A stretch of DNA of 64,000 nt from Azolla caroliniana (taxonomy: Eukaryota > Plantae > Polypodiophyta): positions 1,240,001-1,304,000 of the forward strand of contig JBHGNT010000013.1 in NCBI GenBank assembly GCA_043228905.1. Reading direction: 5' to 3'. Below are positions 38,801 through 50,330 of this stretch, piece by piece (the first letter of the stretch is position 1; each line of letters starts with the position of its first letter). The notes under the pieces are model-generated. The model ran no database searches. It was given only the letters and a program-made list of their open reading frames with translations, and was not told where the DNA came from. Position numbers and translations under genes: made by a program.

Positions 38801-41142
38801 CGGCTACGCCGTTTTGCTCTGGCATATATCTGCCACTGAATTCTCTCTGAATTACCATTTGTTGCAAATAATAGTTAAATTGACCGGAAAAGTATTCTTT
38901 TTCCACCATCCGACCACAGGCACTTGATCTTTCTTTCTGTTTCCCTTTCAACTAAACTTTGTAGGTTTTGAAAACAGTCAAAGACTTTGCTTTTCTTCTT
39001 GATGAGGTAGATCCACATGTGCTGGCTATAGTCGTCGATGAAGGAAACGAAGTATTGACTGCCACTAAGGCTCACATTCTGTGCCAGTCCCCAAACATGC
39101 GAATGTATCAGATCAAGCTTGTTCTAGCTCCGGTTTCGCACGCTAGGGAATCCCAACCTAGAAGGCTTCATAAATTTGGGCCTTCCGGCCACTAAATTTC
39201 GGCCATTTGAATACCACTAAATTGCAGTTCTTGAAGCCTCTAGTACTTGACGTGGCCAATCCGCTTGTGCCATAAGTTGATATCCGACTTGACTTTCTAT
39301 CCTTCGCAAAAAAAAGCGGTGCCAACGTTGTTGGTGTCGAGGATGAACATCCTCCCTTCTCGGCGACCTTGAGCAATAATCTGGCACTCTTCCTCGAAGA
39401 AGCACCTGAAGTGGGTGAATTGAATTTGCATTCCCTGATTAACGATCTACCTGACCGACACCAGGTTCTTTGTAATTTTCGGGACGTGTAACACGTTCAT
39501 GAACTTTCCCTTTTGTCCAACATGACTGAGGGGGATTTCGCCGACATGTGCGATTGGGTGCAGAGTGTTGTCTCCGGTTTTGACTACTCCTGATTGCTCC
39601 AGTTTCTCTAGATAAGAGAACCACTCTTCATGGCTCATCATATGATTGGATGTTCCGGAGTCAACGTACCACACCTCATTCGATTATGAGGCAGTCTTCT
39701 TCATCGAGTTTGACTTGTCCTTCATCACAAAGGTTGACCCTTTTCTGATCTTTCCAGCTCCGGATCCTTCTGATCCTTTGGTGTAGTGCGATTGTTGCCG
39801 ATTTCCATGTTCGGCTTTGTCGGATTTGTCTGAATCGGCGTACTTCTTCCAACACTCACTCTCCTTGTGGCCTTTCTTGCCACAATACCAACATTCCGTG
39901 TTGCCCTTTGGTTGCTGGCATCCGGCGCCGCCTTGACTCCCCCTGCTCGTGGAGGACCGTAACTGTTGTTGACATGTCGGTTATGCCTTTGAGTTTGCTC
40001 TTGTCGTTCGCCACCATTGCATGCCGATCCACCTTGTCCTCCATGCCCACGGGGCCAATCCGGCTCCATGTACAACATCTGACTATCCGATTGAGTGGTC
40101 CTCTACCCACTTGCGTGGTTTTCTTCGACCATCAGCATCGATTGCAAGTCGAAGAAGGACAGTGGCTTCTCCCGGGTGCATATAGCCGTGCCGATTGGCC
40201 TGTACCTCTACGCTAGACAAACGAGGCAGATATGTACCATCTCATCCTCATCCACCATCACATTGATGGACCCTAATGCGTCACAAATCTCCTTTATCTT
40301 GGACCATGGTGTAATCCGTAATTGACATATTCCTTTGTTGGATACAGTTGAGCTCTTGCCAGAGCTGCAACTTCCGAGCCGGTATTTGTGGCGAAAATCT
40401 TTTCGAGATTTTCCCATGCTTCCTTCAGCGTTTTTGCGTCTCTGATGTAGCCGAGCATCTGGTCTTGCACATAGGACACAAGGCAGTACATCACGCTATT
40501 CGCTGCTTGTTCCCATACCGGGAAGTTCTTTTGTGTCGGCTCCGGCACTACCTCGTTCGCTCCTTCCACGTAACTCCAGTAACCGTGCCTAAACAGGTAC
40601 TGGCGCATCTTGTATGATCAAGATGCATAGTTGTTCCGGTCAAGCTTTTTGGTGGGAAGTGAGCTCGCCATTGCTTTGTCCATTCTTCTTCTTCTTGTCT
40701 TTTCTTACCGGGTGTTAAGGTTTGTCTAAGTTAAGCGTTTGTCAGCAGTAAAGGATTCTCAACCCTCGTGCTCTGATACCATGTAAAGAGTTATGTGCGG
40801 AAGCTTGCAAACACGACCGGTTACTACCAACGTCTATTACCAAAAATCTCAATACTCTGTAAACTGTATACATCGAATGTGCTAAGAGAGAACTTTTATA
40901 CAAGTCATTAAAAGGACTGACAAGTACTTCAATGCTCATAACTGAGCTCTGACATTAACTCCTAAAAATAGGCCTACTACTAGGCTAGGATCATAGGCCT
41001 CTAACGGCCTATCGGTTCACACTGATCCAGACCCCGATCTGGCTCTCCATTCCGAACACCGATCCGACTCTTGGTTCCGGATTACGATCCAGCTCTGGCT
41101 TATTCATCCGATCTGGATCATGTTGAGCTTGTCCACTCAACA
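35844..41142 (-). mobile_element. Ty1/copia element C, 5' LTR (41142-40782), PBS (40781-40770) and gag-PR-INT-RT-RH
   Basis: [65 protein letters not shown]. Confidence 0.92.
36818..37477 (-). mobile_element. Solo LTR (~660 bp) inserted in copia C RT
   Basis: Interrupts SKIT|RLRKMGF; minus strand TGTCATG...CTTCA with TATAAAAG; TSD only 3/5 matching. Confidence 0.7.
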
Positions 41143-41662
41143 ACAAGAACTGAAGGTTGGTATGTTAATTGCTACTCCTGTAGTTGGAAATAACCCCGAC
41201 CACCAATTTTGGATTGGTAAAGGGTTGGATGTGGTGATGTATGAAGACGAAAATGAGATTGACGCAATAAAGGTGCATTGGTATAACACTACAAGTAAAA
41301 CTGCATTTACTAGGAAATATACTTTAGAGATGTTGGAATGCGCATGGTCAAGGGGTAATAGAACGGGGAAAAGAAATATACGTAATACATCAACCCTAAA
41401 CATTAATTAAGTGGATATTATTGTGTATGAATTTACATTGACAAAAGCTGGGCGTTTAAGAAAGTCAACGGTAGATATAATCCAAGAAAAAATGCATGTT
41501 GGTCAAGGTGTCTCTGATCGAAGGAGAACAAGGTCAACAACTCATGATTTAGAGTCACACAATATGGTTTTCGATGAAGATAATGCTTTGATTGGAACAT
41601 CTGAAGATGAAGAAGATCAATCACCTTTGTATATTAGTTATAGTAGTGATGACAACTTGTAA
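41143..41662 (+). pseudogene. C-terminal part of the DUF7869/Sola-like transposase relic
   Basis: QELKVGMLIA..FWIGK..VHWY..FTLTKAGRLRKST; joins in frame to the 34780 end (GNLQ|ELKVG). Confidence 0.6.
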
Positions 41663-42339
41663 TACACTGAGAGATGTATAATTTTGCTTATAGATGTAGC
41701 TAATTCATTTTTGTAAAAACTCGAGTGATATAAAAGTTATATAGGTACATTACATGAGGGTTACAAATCAAGAACATACAATGGGGTTTGTAGGTTAGTT
41801 ATATAACCTTCCAACAACCTACCCACTTTATATATTTGCACACATTCACATAAATGTGCATATGTTTGATATATTAATATACTCACACTTATGTGCACAT
41901 TTACACATACACACACACATGACTTTTAATACAAAGACTTCACTTATCTATCCATGTACCAACACTTATATACACTCATACACTTATCCCACGCATAACA
42001 CATATGGCATGCCCGTGGGACAGTGGCTTGCACGGGTGAACCCACATGCCTTCAATTTTATTTACTATTTTAAAATTCTGTTTTGGTGCCCTCGAGCTTC
42101 TGAAATTTGATTCTGAGCCCTCAAATTATTGTAATTGGGTTGATGCCCTTAAATTATTAAACTCCTTCCTTCTTCCTCCTCCTCTTGCTTGATTTCTTCT
42201 CCTCTATTTTTCTGTTTCTGTCTTCGTCTTCTATCTTCCTCTTCTTTCATCCTCTTTTGGTCAACTTCACCATCTTCATCTTCTTGTTTGTCTATTTGTC
42301 CCGGTCATCTTAGTCCGTCTGATGTGTCTTTGTACGGCT

Positions 42340-42426
42340 GTCTCCACCCGACTGTTCGTGGTCGTCTGTTTGGATGCCACTCTGACCGCCACTCGGTCGT
42401 TGTCGGCCACTGTCCGGTTAATCGTC
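42340..42426. repeat. GC-rich degenerate minisatellite, left part
   Basis: CGGCCACTGT-type units; continues after copia D. Confidence 0.65.
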
Positions 42427-45400
42427 TATGGAAAATATTAAACAAAAATTAATAAATTAATAAATATTAATAGTTAATAGTTCTTATGAATACGTTTTCC
42501 TTCATGAGAAGGAAACCATAACTATATTGGTGGTGGTCTTATATAGCCACCACCAACGTTGTAACAATTAGGGCATTGTAATAATACAATACATTTTCGG
42601 TTTCCCTTATCTCTCTGTCTCTCTGTCTCTCTCTTCTTTCTACTTCTCTCTCTTCTCTCTCTCTCTCTCTTCTTTCCCAACATGGTATCAGAGCCAAATG
42701 ATCTATAACCTATAGTCTATGCCTTTCTTAAATCACAAAACACATGCCCCAATCATAATTTAACTTTCATGCCCATACGAAAATAATCATATTCATAGTG
42801 TCCAAGATCGTCAAGTAACGAAAGACAATTTTGTGTTTGTCGTGCGCTGATCCGGACAACCCTCTGCTATAATGGCACAATCTATGTCGTCGTCGCAACT
42901 CAACATGCGAAAATTCACGATTGAGAAATTATCGGACACAAATTATCGAATTTGGAAGTCAAGATTAGAATTACTTTTTAAATATAATAAAGTATGGGAC
43001 ATAATTTCAGGATAGTTGACAAAACCTGAAAAAGGCGAAGAACTTGAAGAATGTGAAGAAAAAGACTTGTGTGCAAGAATGGAAATTCTAATGCACGTAA
43101 GTGATGGCACCGGAGAAACATTGCGAAAAATGGAGACGGCTCATGAAATGTGGAAGCACTTACAAACTATCTACGAGCCGAAAAACGATGGTCAACAAGC
43201 GCATACACTTCAAGCGCTTGTTAATTACAAAATGAATGACGAACAATCGGTTGGTGAATTTCTATTAATATGGCAAAAGAAATTAGATGATGTGTTAACT
43301 TCTGGATTAGAAATCCATGATAAATTACAAAAGATTCTCCTTCTTGGTGCTCTTCCTCACTCGTGATCCACTTTTAGAATCACCCAAAACTCTATAAATT
43401 GTCCAATGCTAATTGATCTTCTTGCAAACATTAGACGGAGGAAACAATGCGTTCACAAAGGTCTTCAAATTCAACTCCAAGTGTGGCAATGGTAGCATAC
43501 AAGAACAAAAGGTTCACCCAAAGAGGAGAAAGCTCGAAACCGTGGATAAGGAAAGATCAAAACACAAAACAAGGAGGAATGCGATTCAACAATACCTTTT
43601 GTAAAATATGCAAATGTACAAATCATGCAACAAAAGATTGTCGCGCAAAGTCAAATTTCAAGAGTTATCAACCATGGAAGTGTTTACAAGCCCATTTTGT
43701 TGAAGAAGAGATGGATGATGAAAAAGTCGTAGGAGATGGATATCAAAATGGTGACAAGTATGATGCCGTCCTTCAAGCATTCATTGTGGAATCACTTTCC
43801 ACGACGATTCCAAATCCAAGTAAAGCAAATGAAATATGGTATCTCGACACTGGTGCTACTAACCACGTAATTAATAGAAAAGATTGGTTATGTAACTATA
43901 AGGAAATTGAACCTCCTATCATTGTAAGATTTGGAAATAATGGGACTAAACAAGCTATTGGCAAGGGTGATATCACTGTTGAAGTCATAGGAGGAGGACA
44001 TTTCACAATTAATGAAGTTCTCTATGTCCCGGGCATCACCAAACATTTGCTATCGGTTAGTCAAGAAACAACAAATGGTACTATCATTGAATTTCATCCT
44101 AACCATGCTATCATTAAACATAAAGCCTCCAATGGAGAACTTATTAGAACATGTTGTAAATGAGAAGGAGGCTTATATCCCATAAAATGCATTCCTACAT
44201 CTGTTATTTTAGAAGCACATCATTCTACCCCAATTCAATCCTCTATATCTCTAACCAATATTCATTCTCCCTCTTCTTTTTGGCATTTTCGTCTAGGCCA
44301 TATGCATTTCAATGCTCAAAAAACATTACAATGTAATAATCTAGTCCATGGTTTGCCAAAAGAACCTTTCAAGCCCATCTCTTTGTGTGAAAGTTGTATC
44401 CTTGGGAAAATACCCCAACAACCCTTCCCGAAGCATAAATCTAGAGCCACTACCCCTCTTGCATTAGTAAATAGTGATCTATGTGGACCTTTTCCAACCC
44501 CTTCTCTTAGTGGTGCCAAATATTTCATTAGCTTTATAGATGACTTTAGTCGATTTACAATCTTGCATTTTCTCAAGTACAAAAGTCAAGCTTATCAAGC
44601 ATTCAAAGAATACAAGGCTCGAGTCGAAGTGCAAACATCATCAAAGATTAAAAGTCTTCAAACTGATGGTGGTGGTGAGTATATGTCTCATGAATTTCAA
44701 AGTTTGTATCAAAATGAAGGCATACATCATAGAATATCAACACCACACACACCACAACAAAATGGTGTATTTGAAAGGAAGAATAGGTCACTTCTCAATA
44801 TGGCTCGGAGTATGTTACAATTTTCTCACTTATCGCCTCAATTTTGGGAGGAAGCGGTTGGCACCGCTTGCTATATTCAGAATCGAGGATTTCATAGATC
44901 TTTCGGGCTCCAAACCCCTTATGAACTATGGCATGGTCACAAACCTAACTTTAACCTGCGTATTTTTGGTTGTGATGCTTATGCTTTTGTGCCAAATGTT
45001 TAAAGAAATAAGCTAGATCCAAGTCCAAGGGCTACAAAATCAATTTTCATAGGATATGGAGAAGCTTCGGGATACAAGGTGTATAAACTCTACGATCCAC
45101 AAAAGCAAAGAATATTCTTTAGTCGCAAATTATGTGATATTTCAAGAAAATGGGCTTTCTACAAAGGTTTCTTTTTCACTCTCTTCTAATCTACCTCCTT
45201 TATTACCTACCCCTACCCACTTACAACCATATTCCTCAACCATCTCTAATATTAATAACTCTCATATTGAAGGAGCCAACATTAGCTCATCCTCTACTTC
45301 CACTATTTGTGTTGGTCTTCCATCTATTCACAAGGCAAAGATTAATCCTACTCAACCAACTAATTCTTCTTCTCATATTCCCTCATTCCAATCTCTAGAT

Positions 45401-47555
45401 GATTCTCTTCCTCATATTCCTTTAAATACACATTGTTTAACTCCCTCTAATAATACAAATAATGTTATCTTCTCCACTCCCTCTCCTAATCCTTCATTCC
45501 AAGCGTCATCACCAACTTCTCCACCAAACTCTCCACCTCCAAAGTATAGATCTCTAAGTAGTATTTATGAACAACTTGATCAAATGGAAGCACATTTCGT
45601 GGACTTGGACCATGAAGCTTATATACAAGAAGAAGATATTCCAACCCTTAGTGATGATACAAATCTATTGGCCAAAGATGCACTTTCCGGATCAGATTCT
45701 ATCAAATGGAGAAAGGCTATGGAAGAAGAAATGAAGGCTTTACTTAAAAATGGTACGTGGACCCTCGTTGAGCCTCCAAAAGATTGACAAATAATTGGTT
45801 CTAAATGGGTCTTACGCATAAAGCGAGATAGTAATGGCAATCCAATTCGCTTCAAGGCTTGTGTAGTTGCTCGAGGATTTTCTCAAGTACCAAGTATTGA
45901 TTTTCAAGATACATTTAATCCAACGCTAAAAATATGTGGTTTTCGAATGCTCGTTGCTCTTGCTGCGCAACATGATCTAGAATTGCATCACTTGGATGTA
46001 CAAAGGGCTTTTCTTCATGGAGATTTAGATGAAGAACTTTATCTACAACAACCACAATTTTTTGAAGATCCAAGTCATCCGACACATGTTTATCGACTTC
46101 GTAAATTTACTTACGGCCTTAAGCAATCTCCATGCATATGGTATCACAAACTACACTCTTTTCTTATAAAAGTTGGATATCATCGTCTAAATAATGAGCC
46201 AAATATCTATGTTAAAAAAGCCAAATCCAATTTTGTTATCATAGGTGTCTATGTTGATGATTTGCCCTTGATCTCTAATTCTAAATCTTATCTAACTATT
46301 GCAAAGAAGGAACTTGCATATGTCTTTCCTTTCACCAATTTAGGCCCTAGGACCCATTTTCTAGGCATCAAAATAACGCAAAATAGAACAAATCATACTA
46401 TCTCATTATCACAATCAAATTATATTAATTCTATCCTCCAAAGATTTGATATGCTCCATAGTAAGCCTATTAGTACTCCTCTTACCTCTCCATGTAAACT
46501 TTCAAATGATGATTCTCCCAAAAATGAACGAGAAATTTCCGAAATGAAGGATGTACCCTATAAACAAATCCTTGGGTATGTAAGATATCTAGTAAGTTGC
46601 ACACGTCCCGATATTTGCTTTGCCGCCGGTTTTCTTTCTCGTTTCATGGCTAATCTAGGACCAAAGCATTGGATCGCGCTCAAAAGATTACTACGATACT
46701 TGAAGTATACTCAACATTATACGTTGACTTACTTCGCCACACAATCTAAGTCAACTACACTTGTGCAAGGATGGACAAATCCCTCTAGCCAACTAATTGG
46801 TTGGTCAAACTCGGATTAGGGGGGAGATGTGGATGATTGCAAGTCAACAGGTGGATATGTTTACACACTAGCTGGCACTGCAATTTCGTGGAAGTCAAAG
46901 AAACAAACTATTATAGCATTATCATCCATCGAAGCTGAATATGTTGCCGCGACTTTAGCGGCTAACGAAGACATATGGATTAAAGCTATGCTTGAAGAAT
47001 TTAAACTATTTACTATTCCAACAGTGACTTTGTTTTGCAATAATCAATCTTGCATTCAGTTAGCCAACAATCCCAAGATGAGTGACAATATATGTCATGT
47101 GGACTTAAAACATCATTTTCTTCACGATCTCATTGAAACAAAGAAGATAGAGTTAAAGTTTGCTCCCGCTAATCAAATGTGGGCTGATTTTCTAATGAAA
47201 CCTCTTCAACATTCTAAGCACATTATTTGTTGCAAGCAATTTAGATTAATTGATGTAATCCAAGATAAAGATGAAAACCTACAATTCTAAAAATTTTCGC
47301 TTAAGTGGGAGTGTGGAAAATATTAAGCAAAAATTAATAAATTAATAAATATTAATAGTTAATAGTTCTTATGAATACAGTTTCCTTCATGAGAAGGAAA
47401 CCGTAACTATATTGGTGGTGGTCTTATAAAGCCACCACCAACATTGTAACTATTAGGGCATTGTAATAATACAATACGTTTTCGGTTTCCCTTATCTCTC
47501 TCTCTCTCTCTTCATTCTATCTCTCTTTCTTCTCTCTTTCTCTTCTTTCCCAACA
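42427..47555 (+). mobile_element. Full-length decayed Ty1/copia element D (short LTRs 42427-42682 and 47312-47555)
   Basis: Paired LTRs; TSD TCGTC/TCGTT; PBS 42683-42695; PPT AAGTGGGAG; 5' TG mutated to TA. Confidence 0.95.
42872..47290 (+). pseudogene. gag-pol of copia D
   Basis: IEKLSDTNYRIW, CKICKCTNHATKDC, WYLDTGATNH, SDLCGP, QTDGGGEY, YVDDL, SSIEAEYVA; several stops and frameshifts. Confidence 0.9.
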
Positions 47556-48015
47556 TCGTTGCCGCTATTCGACCGCCACTCAACCACTGTTGGCCACTAT
47601 CTGGCTAATTGCCACCACTCAGCTGCTGTTCGGCCATTATCCGGCCGCCATTCGGCCACCACTCGAACGCTGTCGGCCACTGTCCAGCCAATTGCCACTG
47701 TTCGGCCACCACTCGACCAATCACCACCAACACTCGGTCGCTGTTTGACCACCACTTGGCCACTGTAGACCACTGTCCGGCCAATCGCCGCAGCTGTTCG
47801 GCTGCTGTCGGCCACTCCTTTGCCAATTAGCGCTGTCCAGCCATTGGCCGCTGCTATCTGGCCATTGTTGGCCACTGTTCGGCCAATTGTCGCCGCCAGT
47901 AGGCCGTTGTTCGGCCAATTGCCGCTGTCCGGCCATTGGCCGTTACTATCTGGCCTCCACTCGGCCACTGTTCGGCTGCCATTGGATCGTTGTTCAGCCA
48001 ATCGCCACTAATGTT
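47556..48015. repeat. GC-rich degenerate minisatellite, right part
   Basis: Repeated CGGCCACTGTT / CGGCCAATTGCCGCTGT units of ~11-18 bp. Confidence 0.8.
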
Positions 48016-48088
48016 TCGCCACAGGGAAAGGAGGGAGAAGTCTGAAAAAGCGGACGTAGCAGGGGATCCATCGCACAGACAAACAGGG

Positions 48089-48190
48089 AGGAACCCAGAG
48101 GAATCAATCAAACAGAGAAATAGGAAGGAAGGGATAGAGAGGAACCCGAAGGAATCAATCACACAGAGAAATAGGAAGGACGGGATAGAG
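48089..48190. repeat. 51-bp tandem duplication
   Basis: AGGAACCC..GGAATCAATCA.ACAGAGAAATAGGAAGGA.GGGATAGAG twice. Confidence 0.85.
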
Positions 48191-50330
48191 AGAATCAATA
48201 GCAGGGAATTGAAGAGAATAAGTAAGTACATAGAGAGTGAAATACAGAGACAAACATAAATTTCTGAGAGATAGTGTTGATGGTGATCATCATCCTCCAA
48301 TAATCGATCAGAGCACTTGTAGGAGACCATAGACTTGTCTCTTGTTGCAAGATGGAGATGGTGTTCATCTTGTGGCTGCATTAACGCCTGATTAATGTGT
48401 GTGAATCTTGAATTGGGAGATACATCCATGGTTTTCTGCGATGGTGATGACGATGATGATGATGTGTACTAAGAACTCCCTCGGTCTTCTCCTATCACGT
48501 TGGTCGGAATTCCATCGACTTGGAACACGCATAACATGAACACAAACCTCAAGGACACTCTTAAGATTACCTGCTTACACCACAAATTATAAAACATTAG
48601 TTATGAGGATAAAGACAAAATATGAGTTACAAAGAATAATAAGAAAAAGACAAAACAACAGTTACAAAGAAGTAACGGCTAGCAGTTACTTCTATGTATA
48701 TATATATATATATGTATGAAGTATTGTTTAATGTGTGTGTGATACTACATCTAGAGTTGTTAGTGTAGGTTCTTACATTGTAATACACTTGTCTTAATCT
48801 AATATCTTACCTTGTTCTACATTCTTCCAAAACTCTCTCTTTCTCTGTTGTCAATCCAGCCCATTATGTTCTAAACTTTTCTTACATGGTATCAGAGCTA
48901 AGTTGCACGATATGAATCTCATATTCCCCTATAACCAACAAAACTCATCATAGATTATTTCAAATAAACAAAGCTTAGTACTATCACTATGGCAAGCTCA
49001 AGTAGAAAATATACCTTGGACAAATTAACGGAGAAAAACTACAAAACCTGGAAGACTCGAATGGAGCTGCTACTTGATGTTGAGGAGAGCCTCGACATCA
49101 CAATTGGCACTAGTCCAAAACCTCTAAAACGAGAGTCAGACTAATGGCATGAGTGGTGAAAGTTGGATACAAGAGCTAGACTAGAGATAATGTTAAATGT
49201 AGATGAAAAACAGTCAGAAATTATTCGAAAACTCACATCTACAATTGCGATGTGGGCAAAACTAAAGTAACTATACGAACCTCAAGATGGTACAACTAAA
49301 CTCCACACATTAGCTACCCTGTTTAATATGTGTGTTTTACAGGAAGAAGAAGATGTTCCTACCTTCTTATCAACTTGGGAGGCAACCATGGATGATGCAA
49401 CTACCGCCGGCAATTGCATCTCAGAAGACATCAAGATTGGATTAGTGCTAAGCAAACTCCCCGAATCTTGGGGAACATTTATCACTATGCATAGTAGCAT
49501 GGTTGTTAGGTACGTTAGGTACGGTACTGATACCATACGTATTTAACGTATTAATACGGGTATAGTACCTCCCAATTTTAAAATACGTTAAATACATTTT
49601 TTAGTATGTTAAATACCTATAAAATACATAAAATACGTATAGTACGTTAAATACGTTAAATACGTTAAATACTTCTAGAATTTGAAATTTATTTACTTTC
49701 TTAAAAAATATTTGTAATATTGTAATATTGTAACCGTGTATATGCAATGTAACGAAGCATTCCATGGCTGTAGTTGCATCTTAAAAGTACTAAAGGGCAA
49801 ATCGAGCAAATATGAGAATCAAAAGGATACAAATCAACAAATCAAATAGATATTTGTTAGGTAAAAAAAAACCCAAACTTGTTGGGCATTTACAACAACA
49901 GCCAAGGCCACGAAGCAAAAACTGTATATCCCTCACATGATTGAGGGAATTCACATGATGAGTCATGACAAGCTAAAATTCTACAAAAAAAATCGTACTT
50001 TTGACAAAAACAACACTTTGACAAGAAGTGCAACATACCTATTGAAGAAAAGACCACATCTTTTGATTTGGAAAAAACCTTCAGAACACATAACATCAAA
50101 TATTTGAGATACACTTACATTGCATTTTGTCAAAGAAATAGAATGCATTGTAGGAACAAAATTTAGAAAAAAACCTTAACAACACATAACATCAGATATT
50201 TGACTTCTAAGAACACATAACTTGAACTATGTCCAAGACTCCAATGTATCAAAATGGGGTTAGATCAAAGAAAAGTAACATATGGCTATTGAGCTTAGTA
50301 ATAATGTATAGAAATCAGAAATATTAGTCA

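Noticed and set aside
41720-42000. CA-rich block ending TAACA, possible partial minus-strand LTR
   Set aside because: Only compositional resemblance to 8920-9162; no second terminus or TSD.
42012-42036. Helitron 3' terminal hairpin
   Set aside because: The hairpin is present, but there is no correctly placed CTAG end on either strand.
47559-48429. Several overlapping ORFs on both strands
   Set aside because: Explained by a stop-poor GC-rich minisatellite; no recognisable domain.
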